From the NCBI GenBank assembly GCA_013287265.1, contig JABDEC010000001.1, forward strand, positions 74,981 through 138,980: DNA of 64,000 nt, in the 5' to 3' direction. This document shows positions 39,205 through 49,046 of this stretch, in pieces. The DNA comes from Candidatus Babelota bacterium (GTDB taxonomy: Bacteria; Babelota; Babeliae; Babelales; JABDEC01). A model generated the notes under the pieces. That model worked only from the letters and a program-made list of their open reading frames with translations. It was not told the DNA's origin and searched no databases. Made by a program: the position numbers and the translations under genes. Each line of letters opens with the position of its first letter. Position 1 is the first letter of the stretch.

Positions 39205-40404
39205 TTATTTAATTTTAAAAATTTTGTGTTTTCCTGCTTTGATTATCATTCCAGATTTCCAATTTATTTTTGCTTTGAAATCGGAAATGATTTCTTCATC
39301 AATTTTAATTGCTCCCTCTTCTATCAATCTTTTTGCTTCTGAAGATGTTTTAATCACATTTAATAATTTCAATAAATCTACAATCCAAAGAGGATTTTCT
39401 GCATTTTTTTGAATTAAAATTTCCTGAGCTGCTGAATAATCTTTTTTTTGAAATAAATTAATAAAATTTTCCTGTGCCTTTTCAGCATCATTTTCTGACC
39501 AATATTTTTTTACAATTTCATAAGCCATCAATTTTTTAAAAAGAATAGGATTAACTTTATCAATATCCATTTCATGTCGCATTAAATGAATTTCATTCTT
39601 ATTTTTTCCAAGCAGAAGTTCAAAATAACGTAACATTAATTGATCTGAAATTGACATTAATTTTCCATAAGCGTCATTAGCGGATTCAGCAAGACCAACG
39701 GAATTTCCAAGAGATTTGGACATCTTCATCGTACCATCAAGACCTTCCAGCAGTGGAGTCGTTATGACTACCTGTGGCGTCTGATTATCTTTTTCTTGTA
39801 AATGACGTCCCATTATCAAATTGAAAGTTTGATCTGTTCCTCCAAGTTCAATATCAGCTTTAAGAGCAACAGAATCATAACCCTGAAATAATGGATATAA
39901 TAATTCATGCATTCCAATTGGCTGATTCGTTTTTATCCGATTTGCAAAATCATCACGTTCAGTTAGTTGAGCTAAAGTTACCTGTCCACAAATTTTTACG
40001 ATTTCTTTTGAAGTTAATTTATCAAGCCATTCAGAATTGTATCTGATTGCTATTTTTTTTGGGTCTAAAATCTTGCTAACTTGCTCAAAATAAGTTTTTG
40101 TATGATTTTTGATTTCTTCTTCAGATAAAGGAGGGCGCGTTTTTGATTTTCCTGTAGGATCACCAATTCTTGCCGTGAAATCACCAATTAAAAAAATTAC
40201 TTCATGTCCTAAATCCTGAAAATCTTTCATTTTTTCAAGAACGATCGCATGACCTAAATGAAGATCCGGAGATGTGGGGTCCATTCCCAATTTCACTTTT
40301 AATTTTTTGCCGCTTTCCAGTTTTTTTAACAATTCTGATTCAGAAATAATTTGACTAGTTCCTGATTTAATTTTTTGAAATATTTCTTCTATTTTTTTCA
40401 TCAT
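39205..40404 (-). CDS. tyrS: Tyrosyl-tRNA synthetase
   Basis: GMDPTSPDLHLGH (HIGH) and KMSKS motifs, plus a C-terminal S4-like domain (S.SEAKRLI..GA). Confidence 0.9.
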   Translation of the reverse strand: MMKKIEEIFQKIKSGTSQIISESELLKKLESGKKLKVKLGMDPTSPDLHLGHAIVLEKMKDFQDLGHEVIFLIGDFTARIGDPTGKSKTRPPLSEEEIKNHTKTYFEQVSKILDPKKIAIRYNSEWLDKLTSKEIVKICGQVTLAQLTERDDFANRIKTNQPIGMHELLYPLFQGYDSVALKADIELGGTDQTFNLIMGRHLQEKDNQTPQVVITTPLLEGLDGTMKMSKSLGNSVGLAESANDAYGKLMSISDQLMLRYFELLLGKNKNEIHLMRHEMDIDKVNPILFKKLMAYEIVKKYWSENDAEKAQENFINLFQKKDYSAAQEILIQKNAENPLWIVDLLKLLNVIKTSSEAKRLIEEGAIKIDEEIISDFKAKINWKSGMIIKAGKHKIFKIK

Positions 40405-40411
40405 CTGAAAT

Positions 40412-41131
40412 TTATTTTAATAAAAAACCAAATAAGAAATTAATTTTTAATAAAAACAATCTTAACACATATTCTATGTATGGCCCTAAAACCAGAATAA
40501 ACAAAAATGGAAATAAAAAAATCATGAAATTAACAAGCGGCGATCTATTTTCTAAATCCGGCAAGAAAAAATGAATAAATAATCTTAACAATCCAATGAT
40601 AAAATAAACTACAAAAGACAAAATGTTTAAATTAATTAATGCTGTAACAACTAAAATAACCGAAAATAAAAACGGTGAAATGTTTGAAATTAATGTGTCC
40701 AAATTTCCAATAAATTTAGTTTGAATTAAAATCAATAAAAATAAAGCAAAAATAGTCAAAAATAGATGGGCAATTGTTCTCGCAAAATACATTAAAAATA
40801 ATTTTATTTTTTCAAATTTTCTTGAAATATTTGAAGGATTTAAAGGAATTCTTGAACCAAAACCAAAATGTGGCGGAATTACTAAAATTGCCAATCCAAT
40901 AGGGTCCATGTGAATTAAGGGATTTAAAGTTAAATATCCTGCATCCTGCGCAGTTGAATCACCCAATTTTTTTGCAATCCAGCTTTCAAAATATCCTGCA
41001 ATTGCAACTGTAGGAAAATATACAACTAAATAAGAGATAAGATTTTGGGCAAATTCAATTGTTTCTAATTTGATCATTCGTTTTTTCCAAAAAGCTAATA
41101 AATAATTAAAGATTAAGAAAAAACGATTCAA
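40412..41131 (-). CDS. M50/site-2-protease-like polytopic membrane protein lacking the HExxH motif
   Basis: KLGDSTAQDAGYLTLNPLIHMDPIG and GSRIPLNPSN match the COG1994-type M50 signature as I recall it (HExxH..LGD.TA...GR.TLNP..H.DP.GT; GWAKPVPVNP). The HExxH position reads AGYFE. Confidence 0.5.
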   Translation of the reverse strand: MNRFFLIFNYLLAFWKKRMIKLETIEFAQNLISYLVVYFPTVAIAGYFESWIAKKLGDSTAQDAGYLTLNPLIHMDPIGLAILVIPPHFGFGSRIPLNPSNISRKFEKIKLFLMYFARTIAHLFLTIFALFLLILIQTKFIGNLDTLISNISPFLFSVILVVTALINLNILSFVVYFIIGLLRLFIHFFLPDLENRSPLVNFMIFLFPFLFILVLGPYIEYVLRLFLLKINFLFGFLLK

Positions 41132-41140
41132 TCGTCAATT

Positions 41141-41181
41141 GAAAAAGAAAAGAGAATAAGTAAAAATTATTACTTATTCTC
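41141..41181 (-). terminator. Rho-independent terminator
   Basis: 13-bp stem agagaataagtaa/ttacttattctct, followed on the - strand by TTTCTTTTT. Confidence 0.65.
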
Positions 41182-41201
41182 TCAAATTCTGTTTTGATTA
41201 T

Positions 41202-41573
41202 CTAATCAGGATTTACGCATTCAGTGCCGTTGCAAATCTGATTACCTTCACAGGGCGGTTTACATCTTCTTGTTTTTAAAATTACTTCTGACAAGTCTAA
41301 TTTTTCCAGGTCTTCTTTTACAATTCTTAAATCATCTTTAGCGCCTGTTAACTCGCCTTTGGCATTAGTTAATTCATCTGTGGCACTAGTTAAATGTTTA
41401 ATTGCTAAATCTAAATGACGTTCTGCATCTTCCCGCAAACCTAATTTTGTAGCTATGCATTGTCCATTAACGCAAGTCTGACCTATGCCGCAATCTCCGC
41501 TAACATTACATGCATGTAACTTTATTACTAGAAACAAATTCACAAATATACTTAAAACTAATAATTTCTTCAT
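41202..41573 (-). CDS. Small secreted protein: two Cys-knot-like modules flanking a coiled coil
   Basis: Signal peptide. Modules are CNVSGDCGIGQTCVNGQC and CKPPCEGNQICNGTEC. Confidence 0.5.
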   Translation of the reverse strand: MKKLLVLSIFVNLFLVIKLHACNVSGDCGIGQTCVNGQCIATKLGLREDAERHLDLAIKHLTSATDELTNAKGELTGAKDDLRIVKEDLEKLDLSEVILKTRRCKPPCEGNQICNGTECVNPD

Positions 41574-41729
41574 CTTTTCTCCTTTTTCACCTTTTATTTT
41601 TATAATAAATGATTTTATTGAAAAAAATCAATAGTTTTAGTTCTATTTGAATTAAATCTCAAAATTCCTTTATTTTAACCTGTTTTTAGCTAGTATTTAA
41701 ATGCTTAAATAACTTAAATTAGGAAACAT

Positions 41730-43961
41730 ATGGAAATAGTTAAACTAACAAAGGTAAAAAGTTGGAATTTTGCAATTTTAGATTGGATTATTCCACCCGC
41801 AATTCTGTCTTTAATAACATTCTCAGTTTATTATCCTTCACTGCATTATCCATTTCAATTTGATGATACTCCAAATATCACAAAATTTTTTAACATAAGA
41901 CATTTAAATTTTAGTTCATTGTTTTTTAGTGGACCAAGATGGATTAGTTATTGGCTGAACACAGTCAATTACAAAATTGCCGGCTTTAACCCGTATTTAT
42001 ATAGATTGTTAAATGTAATTTTCCATTTACTCACTGGTATTTTAGTTTTCTATTTTATTTTTTTAATACTGAAAAATTTAAAAAAAGAGAATTTTTTTAA
42101 AAATAATGCATTCAAAATTGCTCTTTTTACATCGACTTTATTTTTATTGCACCCAGTTCAGACTCAAACGGTTTCTTACATAATTCAAGGGCAATTAGAA
42201 GGATTATCTGCTCTTTTTACATTGTTAATATTAATTTTTTATTATTTATCCGCACAATCTCAAAGTAAAACTAATAAAATTATTTTAACGTTATTTACCT
42301 GCGTTCTTGCATTTTTATCAACAGGAACAAAAGAAATTGCTATTATTTCTCCCTTTTTATTAATTATTACTGATTGGTTTTTCATAGCACAAGGAGACTG
42401 GAAAAACTTCAGCAAAAGAATTCCATTACAATTATCAATCTTTGGAATTGTTTTTTTAAGTTATATTTATCTTCTCAAGCCTGCATTTTTTTTAAAAACT
42501 TTTGGTTTTAATAATGCCGTAAGAAATAATATTGGAAATATTTTAACGCAAAATCCAAACGATTTAATCACGCCGTATGCATTTTTTATTTCTCAATTTA
42601 AAGTAATTTTGCATTATATTTTTATTTTTTTATGGCCATTTAATATTAGTGTTGAATATGATTGGAAATTAGCTCATGGATTTTTTTCACATGAAGTTTT
42701 ATTTCCATTCTCAATTTTAATATCAATTTTTTGTTTAACTTTTTATTTACTTAAAAAAAACAAAATAAATATTTTATCATTTGCCATCATGTGGTTTTTT
42801 ATTGCAATTGCTCCAAGATCTTCTTTTATTCCCTCTCCGGAGTTATTAATGGATTATAAAACTTATTTAGCCTCAATAGGTTGGCTTTTTGTAATTGCAT
42901 GCGCAATTGTAAAATTCACACAATTTTTATCATCTAATTTTTTTTACAAAAATGAAACTTATCCTTACATTTTTTTATTTTTATCAATTTTATTAGGATT
43001 CTTAACCATCCACAGAAATAAAGTATGGAGATCATCGCTGGAATTTTGGGAAAATATAATTCAAAATGCGCCTGAAAAAGCGCGTGGATACAATAACTAC
43101 GGCGTTGAATTAACAAGCCTGGGAAAAAATAAGGAAGCAGTTCCATATTTTAAAAAGGCCATAAAATTGGAAGGTAAAACTTATTGGGACCCTTACACAA
43201 ACTTAGCAATTGTTTACGCCGCACTGGATAATATTGATCTTGCAATTTTAACATTAGAGCAAAGTTTAAAATTAAATCCGTATAATCCTGAAGCATACAA
43301 TAATTTAGGCGCATTTTTTTTACACAAAAATGAATATTATTTTGCCGAACGATCATTTAGGGCAGCTCTTGCGATAAGGCCACATTATGGAAAAGCAATG
43401 TACAATCTTGGGAAATTATATATTGCAAAAGAAGATTTAGAATCAGCTTGGGCATGTTTTAAAAATGCATGCACAAAAGCAGATCTAGATCATGATTTAC
43501 CGGGATATCAACTTTATGCAACAACAAGCATAATGCTGAAAAAATATGAAGATGCAATTTTTGCCTGCAAGAAATTTTTACAATTAGCTTCAAAAAAAGA
43601 TGATATCAATGAAGCTCTTTTTAATTTAGCAAATGCATATTTTTTAAATAACAACTTTGATCAAGCCGTTCAAATATTTACACAAATGACCAACAGATTC
43701 CCTGAGGATATTCGCGGCTGGGCAAATTTAATAGAAACTTATATCAAAATGCATAAATCTGAAAATGCATTAGAAGTAATAAAAAAATTAAAAGAAAATG
43801 GAAGAACTTTCCAAGGAATTGAAATTCAACAATCAATTTGTCTTGCAGATTTAGGATATTTAGATTTAGCTGAAGAATTATTAAAAAAATTTTTAAATGA
43901 AAAGCAACCCGAACAATTGAAAAAATTGGCAAAACAAGTGCTTAAAAAAATAACTATATAA
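41730..43961 (+). CDS. TMTC/PMT-like GT-C membrane glycosyltransferase fused to C-terminal TPR repeats
   Basis: About 10 TM helices, with PFQFDDTPNI in the first loop (the acidic DD motif of the PMT/TMTC family), followed by multiple TPR repeats (AYNNLG..., A..YF.KAI.L.P). Confidence 0.6.
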   Translation: MEIVKLTKVKSWNFAILDWIIPPAILSLITFSVYYPSLHYPFQFDDTPNITKFFNIRHLNFSSLFFSGPRWISYWLNTVNYKIAGFNPYLYRLLNVIFHLLTGILVFYFIFLILKNLKKENFFKNNAFKIALFTSTLFLLHPVQTQTVSYIIQGQLEGLSALFTLLILIFYYLSAQSQSKTNKIILTLFTCVLAFLSTGTKEIAIISPFLLIITDWFFIAQGDWKNFSKRIPLQLSIFGIVFLSYIYLLKPAFFLKTFGFNNAVRNNIGNILTQNPNDLITPYAFFISQFKVILHYIFIFLWPFNISVEYDWKLAHGFFSHEVLFPFSILISIFCLTFYLLKKNKINILSFAIMWFFIAIAPRSSFIPSPELLMDYKTYLASIGWLFVIACAIVKFTQFLSSNFFYKNETYPYIFLFLSILLGFLTIHRNKVWRSSLEFWENIIQNAPEKARGYNNYGVELTSLGKNKEAVPYFKKAIKLEGKTYWDPYTNLAIVYAALDNIDLAILTLEQSLKLNPYNPEAYNNLGAFFLHKNEYYFAERSFRAALAIRPHYGKAMYNLGKLYIAKEDLESAWACFKNACTKADLDHDLPGYQLYATTSIMLKKYEDAIFACKKFLQLASKKDDINEALFNLANAYFLNNNFDQAVQIFTQMTNRFPEDIRGWANLIETYIKMHKSENALEVIKKLKENGRTFQGIEIQQSICLADLGYLDLAEELLKKFLNEKQPEQLKKLAKQVLKKITI

Positions 43962-43965
43962 TTAA

Positions 43966-44325
43966 TTATTCTTTTTTATCTTTACTGTCTTTATTTTCGG
44001 TATTTTCAATCAATGCAAAATCATATTTGCCAAGTTCATCAAAATCCTGGAAAGAAATCCAATTGATTTTATTATCATTTAATAATTTTATTATTTGATC
44101 TTCACTTAAAGAATCATGGATAAACTCTAGATCCAAAAAAAATATACCGACCACAGAATAACGAAGTATTTTAATATTTGAATTTTCAAGTAATTTAGTA
44201 TGACAATTTTCACATTCCGTTGCATCTTTAAAATTAATACAAACTTTATGATATAAAATGTCTGCAGATTTTACTTGAAAAATAAAAATACTAAAAAAAA
44301 ATAAAATATAATTTTTATAATTCAT
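43966..44325 (-). CDS. Hypothetical secreted protein
   Basis: Start moved to ATG 44325, which gives the signal peptide MNYKNYILFFFSIFIFQVKSA. The ORF-track start at 44388 overlaps the upstream gene. Confidence 0.45.
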   Translation of the reverse strand: MNYKNYILFFFSIFIFQVKSADILYHKVCINFKDATECENCHTKLLENSNIKILRYSVVGIFFLDLEFIHDSLSEDQIIKLLNDNKINWISFQDFDELGKYDFALIENTENKDSKDKKE

Positions 44326-44335
44326 GAAATATCCT

Positions 44336-45157
44336 TCAAATGGTATCATTTTGAACTGATTCAGGTTCATCAAAATAACCATTAACACCTCTGAAATTTT
44401 TCCAATTAATATTATTTTGATTTAAAAATTCTTTTATTTGACTCGTTGTTTTAGAAATATTAAATTCAATATCAATAAAAGAAGCATTTTTTATTTTTCC
44501 GTAAGGCGCAACATCTTCTATGAATTCATTACTTTTAAACTTTTGATAAGCAAAATCCCAATCAGCTTCAGATTTTAAAACTATTGAAATTTTTTTAAAT
44601 TTTTTTGTAAAAGTTTTATAAATATTTTCTTTCCCGATAAAACAAAGATAATTTAAATCAATATTCAAACGCTGTACAAAATCATCAAAATTTTCGATTG
44701 TAACATTAGGCAATAGCATTAAATCTACATGAAAAGATGGAAATCTTTCTTCAAAAGGATCTTTGTAAATTGTTTCTAATTTTAAAACTTTGCCTATTTC
44801 AGACAGAGATTTAACGGCATTTTTTCTATCCGGATCAGAATCAAAAATTATATAAACAATTGTTCCTTTTGCTTCATTTTTAGCTTTATTTTTAATACAG
44901 ATATTTTTTATTTTTTTAGCCGTTTCAAAATCTGCAAAAGTTATCTTATATGTTAATTTGTCCGCAGTTTTTTTTAATAACTTTTTTTTTATTATTTTTG
45001 GTCCAATTTTTTCTGAAAGCCTTTCATATTCCTTTTGATTGGCAAAAGTAATTATTAATGAATTTGAATGATTTGATTTAAAATCCGAACAAAAAAGTTT
45101 TATGGTTACAAGTAAAGAAATTATTATGATTTTTTTTAATTGCATTGTTTTAAACAC
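44336..45157 (-). CDS. Hypothetical secreted protein
   Basis: Signal peptide. Its C-terminal part resembles the downstream gene (NINW..F). Confidence 0.5.
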   Translation of the reverse strand: MFKTMQLKKIIIISLLVTIKLFCSDFKSNHSNSLIITFANQKEYERLSEKIGPKIIKKKLLKKTADKLTYKITFADFETAKKIKNICIKNKAKNEAKGTIVYIIFDSDPDRKNAVKSLSEIGKVLKLETIYKDPFEERFPSFHVDLMLLPNVTIENFDDFVQRLNIDLNYLCFIGKENIYKTFTKKFKKISIVLKSEADWDFAYQKFKSNEFIEDVAPYGKIKNASFIDIEFNISKTTSQIKEFLNQNNINWKNFRGVNGYFDEPESVQNDTI

Positions 45158-45292
45158 CCTATAATTTGCTAAAATATATCAAAAATTCTTTAATTTTCAA
45201 CACAAACGCGTTTTGACCTTATAATTCTTACATTGTATTCTTAAATAAAATTAGTTGCCGATAAGCAGTCATACTATTTAAATTATAAAAAT

Positions 45293-47773
45293 ATGGATAA
45301 AAGATATAATCACGAGCAAACTGAAAAAGAAATTCAAATTAAATGGGAACAAGAGAATACTTATTCGTTAAAAAATAATCCAGGTAAACTGTATAGCATT
45401 GATACTCCACCGCCAACTATTTCTGGAACACTTCACATAGGTCACATTTTTTCATATACACAAACAGATATTCTTGCTCGATACAAAAGGATGAGTGGAT
45501 ATTCAGTTTTTTATCCTTTTGGTTTTGATGATAATGGCTTACCAACTGAACGTTTTGTTGAAAAAAAAAGAAAAATCAGTTCTTTTCAAATGCCATCGGA
45601 AGAATTTATAAAAATTTGTTTGGAAGAAACTAGACAAGCAGCAGAACAATTTAAAGTTCTATGGCAAAAAATAGGATTGTCTGTTAACTGGGAAAGTAGT
45701 TATTCAACAATTTCTGATGAAGTCAGAAAAATTTCTCAAGAATCATTTATTTTACTTTATAAAAAAGGTTATATTTACCGCAAAAAAGATGTAGCGCTTT
45801 ATTGCACAACTTGCTACACATCTGTTTCTCAGGCTGAATTAGAAGACAAAGAAATTGATTCATTTTTTAATGATATTGAATTTACTACAACCGATGGCAA
45901 AAAATTAATTATCGGAACAACGCGACCTGAATTGTTATCTTCCTGCGTTGCATTACTTTATCATCCTAATGACAAAAGATATCAAAATTTCAAAAATTCC
46001 AAAGCAATTGTACCAATTTATAATTATGAAGTTCCCATCTTACAAGATGAAGATGTAGATCCTGAAAAAGGCACAGGCCTTGTAATGTGTTGTACGTTTG
46101 GTGATAAAAAAGATATTCAATGGTACAAAAAATTTAATTTACCAAACAGACAATCTGTTGGGTTAAATGGAAAGTGGACGGAAATTACAGGACCATTACA
46201 AGGATTAAAAGTTCATGAAGCGCGAGCAAAAATTTTAGAAATTTTGGAAGAAAATGAATTATTGATTTCTCAAAAACCAATAAAACATTCTGTTAATGTT
46301 CATGAACGTTGTAAAAAAGAAATTGAATATATTGAAATACCTCAATGGTTTATAAAAATTTTAGACTACAAAGATCAATTTTTAAAAATTGGAAATGAAA
46401 TCAACTGGTATCCGACTTTTATGAAATCAAGATACGATAATTGGGTAGAAAATTTAAGTTGGGATTGGGGCATTTCCCGTCAAAGAAATTTTGGAATTAA
46501 ATTTCCCGTATGGCATTGTCTAGATTGCAATCAAATAATTTTAGCAGAAATAAAAGATCTTCCTGTTGACCCACAAACAGATTTTGCAAAAAATAAAAAA
46601 AATTGTACTAAATGCAAAGAGAGTAAAATTGTTCCCGATACTGATGTTATGGACACATGGAACACTTCTTCATTGACGCCACAGATTTGTTACACCCTTT
46701 TCAAAAAAACACAGGAAAATGCAAAATCAGATGAAATTTTTGATAATGAAATAAAAAAATTTATTCCAATGAGCATGAGGCCACAGGCACACGATATTAT
46801 AAGAACTTGGGCATTTGATACGATTGTTAAATCATGGATGCATCATAATGAAATGCCATGGAAAGATATTGTAATTTCAGGTCATGTTTTAAGCTCAGCA
46901 AAAGAAAAAATTTCAAAATCTAAAGAAAATGAATCTATGACGCCAGAAAATTTATTGGCGCGCTATCCTGCTGATGCAATCAGATTCTGGACAGCAACAG
47001 GTAATTTGGGGCATGATATAAGTTTTTCTGAATCTCAATTATTGATTGGTCAAAAATTAATTACCAAATTATGGAATGCATTTAAATTTGGTCATGAGCA
47101 TTTACAAAATTTTATACCGGAAAAAGAACCAAAAAATTTATTTATAGCAAACGAATGGATTTTACATCAGGCTTCAGAGACTTTTAAAGCATATGAAAAA
47201 TATTTAGAACAATATGAATTCGGGTTAGCGCTTGATTCAGTAGAAAAATTTTTCTGGAAAGATTATTGTGATAATTATATCGAATTAATTAAAGATCAAT
47301 TTTTCAAACCTGACAAATATTCAAAAGATGAAATTGAAGCAACTAAATGGACGTTGTACCATGTTGGTTTAAGAATTTTACAATTTTATGCACCATATCT
47401 TCCTTATATTACTGAAAATATTTTTGAATTTATTTATAAAAATAATTTAAAAATTGATTCGATACATCAAACAAAATATTCCCAAACGCAAAAAATTTAC
47501 AATTTTGAAAAAAGCAAAATTATAATTGAAGATGTCATTAAATTAATTTCAGAAGTTAGAAAATTAAAAACTGAAAATCAACTTTCATTAAAAACAGAAC
47601 TTGAAGAATTACAAATATTCTGTTCAGAAGCAGATTGTTCAAATTTTGATCAGCAGGAACAATTAATTAAAGGAATTACTCAGGCCAAAAAAATTATTTA
47701 TTTAGAAAACGAAATTGATAAATCAGAAATTGCAAAAATTAATGATCTTTGGTTTGCAAAAATTAAAATATGA
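45293..47773 (+). CDS. valS: Valyl-tRNA synthetase (archaeal-like type, no C-terminal coiled coil)
   Basis: Matches TPPPTISGTLHIGH, FGFDDNGLPTE and KISKSK (KMSKS). 826 aa. Confidence 0.85.
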   Translation: MDKRYNHEQTEKEIQIKWEQENTYSLKNNPGKLYSIDTPPPTISGTLHIGHIFSYTQTDILARYKRMSGYSVFYPFGFDDNGLPTERFVEKKRKISSFQMPSEEFIKICLEETRQAAEQFKVLWQKIGLSVNWESSYSTISDEVRKISQESFILLYKKGYIYRKKDVALYCTTCYTSVSQAELEDKEIDSFFNDIEFTTTDGKKLIIGTTRPELLSSCVALLYHPNDKRYQNFKNSKAIVPIYNYEVPILQDEDVDPEKGTGLVMCCTFGDKKDIQWYKKFNLPNRQSVGLNGKWTEITGPLQGLKVHEARAKILEILEENELLISQKPIKHSVNVHERCKKEIEYIEIPQWFIKILDYKDQFLKIGNEINWYPTFMKSRYDNWVENLSWDWGISRQRNFGIKFPVWHCLDCNQIILAEIKDLPVDPQTDFAKNKKNCTKCKESKIVPDTDVMDTWNTSSLTPQICYTLFKKTQENAKSDEIFDNEIKKFIPMSMRPQAHDIIRTWAFDTIVKSWMHHNEMPWKDIVISGHVLSSAKEKISKSKENESMTPENLLARYPADAIRFWTATGNLGHDISFSESQLLIGQKLITKLWNAFKFGHEHLQNFIPEKEPKNLFIANEWILHQASETFKAYEKYLEQYEFGLALDSVEKFFWKDYCDNYIELIKDQFFKPDKYSKDEIEATKWTLYHVGLRILQFYAPYLPYITENIFEFIYKNNLKIDSIHQTKYSQTQKIYNFEKSKIIIEDVIKLISEVRKLKTENQLSLKTELEELQIFCSEADCSNFDQQEQLIKGITQAKKIIYLENEIDKSEIAKINDLWFAKIKI

Positions 47774-48216
47774 TTAATATAAAAAACAGACAACGTAAAA
47801 TAAAAATAGATCTAGAGAATATTACTAAAATTGCTCAAAAAATTTTAGATCTTATAAATTATCCAGATTTTGATCTTGGCATTTTAATAACAACAAATAA
47901 ATCCATTAAAAAATATAACAAAAAATATAGACAAAAAGATAAACCTACAGACATACTTTCATTTCCTTACCACAACGAATTAAAAGCCGGCCAGGCAATT
48001 AAAATTAAAAATGAAGAAGACAAAAATTTAGGAGATCTAATTATTTCGATTGAATATGTACAAAAAGCTGCAAAAGAATTAAATCAAAATTTTGACAGCC
48101 ATTTAAAAATGTTATTAGTGCATGGAATTTTGCATCTTCTTGGTTATGATCACATAAAAGATAAAGACTATGAAGTCATGCAAAAAGAAGAACAAAGAAT
48201 TTTAAAAAAAATATAA
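47770..48216 (+). CDS. ybeY: rRNA maturation endoribonuclease YbeY
   Basis: Carries the zinc motif HGILHLLGYDH. The start overlaps the valS stop (ATGA). Confidence 0.9.
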   Translation: MINIKNRQRKIKIDLENITKIAQKILDLINYPDFDLGILITTNKSIKKYNKKYRQKDKPTDILSFPYHNELKAGQAIKIKNEEDKNLGDLIISIEYVQKAAKELNQNFDSHLKMLLVHGILHLLGYDHIKDKDYEVMQKEEQRILKKI

Positions 48217-48220
48217 AAAA

Positions 48221-48637
48221 ATGAAATTTAAATTAATAATTATTTTATTTTTTCTTAATTTTAATATTTATTTACAGTCAATGTTAATCTTGCAAGATGA
48301 ACCATTTTTAAGTGATAAGGTTTGCCAAGCGATAGAAAAAAAAGATAAAAACGCAATAAAAGAGTTGTTAGAAAATCCTAAAAATTTCTGTGGTATAAAT
48401 GAAGAAACGCAAGATACTGCATTAATCATGGCGATAAAAAGCGAAAGCTTAGAAATTGTCAGATTATTGTTAAATTATGAATTTATCAGAAAAACCATTA
48501 ATGATTTTGGCAAAAATTATACAACTGCGCTGTTTTGGGCAAAAATCATGAAGGACAGAGAACTTATTAATATTCTAAAAGAATTTGGTGCTATAGATGA
48601 AATTGGAATTGAAGCTGAATTATGCGTCATTCTTTAG
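48221..48637 (+). CDS. Secreted ankyrin-repeat protein
   Basis: Signal peptide plus two ANK-like repeats (DTALIMAIKSESLEIVRLLLN; TTALFWAKIMKDRELINILKEFGA). Confidence 0.65.
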   Translation: MKFKLIIILFFLNFNIYLQSMLILQDEPFLSDKVCQAIEKKDKNAIKELLENPKNFCGINEETQDTALIMAIKSESLEIVRLLLNYEFIRKTINDFGKNYTTALFWAKIMKDRELINILKEFGAIDEIGIEAELCVIL

Positions 48638-48771
48638 AAAAAAATTATACCAAACTTCTAATAATTATTGACAAATAGAAACTTTTTATTATTTTATCTC
48701 AATTTTATTGATCATTTTAACATTTTTGATATAATTCATTTTAGAATAGTCATTCAAATAGTGAGGTTAAA

Positions 48772-49026
48772 ATGAAAAAACAAATACTAATTTTACTAAC
48801 ATTCTGTTCAGTAATTGCACCAAAAATGGAAGCGCTTAAAATGGCGTATAAATATGAACTTGTTCCAGTAAAACGAGTCAGACCGGTTGTAATAAAACAA
48901 ATAAGACCAGTTATAGTTAGACATGTTCTAGCTCGAGCAATTATTCGCGACCCAAGAAGATTAATCTTAGTTAGAAGATTAGTTAGAAAACAAAAACCAG
49001 GAATTGGTTTAAGAGTTATATTATAA
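48772..49026 (+). CDS. Small secreted, highly basic Arg/Val-rich protein
   Basis: Signal peptide. The mature part is repetitive (VKRVRPVVIKQIRPVIVRHV...LVRRLVRK). Confidence 0.5.
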   Translation: MKKQILILLTFCSVIAPKMEALKMAYKYELVPVKRVRPVVIKQIRPVIVRHVLARAIIRDPRRLILVRRLVRKQKPGIGLRVIL

Positions 49027-49046
49027 ATAATTTTTTTGGAGGAAAA

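Noticed and set aside
36981-43932. ORFs 36981-37223, 38905-39099, 39194-39412, 42934-43146, 43150-43356 and 43744-43932
   Set aside because: They are antisense to supported genes (the 35894 gene, the 38847 gene, tyrS and the TMTC-like gene). They show no independent coding evidence.
45158-45292. T-box or other leader upstream of valS (also checked upstream of proS, trpS and tyrS)
   Set aside because: The spacers are short, AT-rich and lack a T-box sequence (AAUUAGGGUGGNACCGCG-like) or specifier/antiterminator helices.
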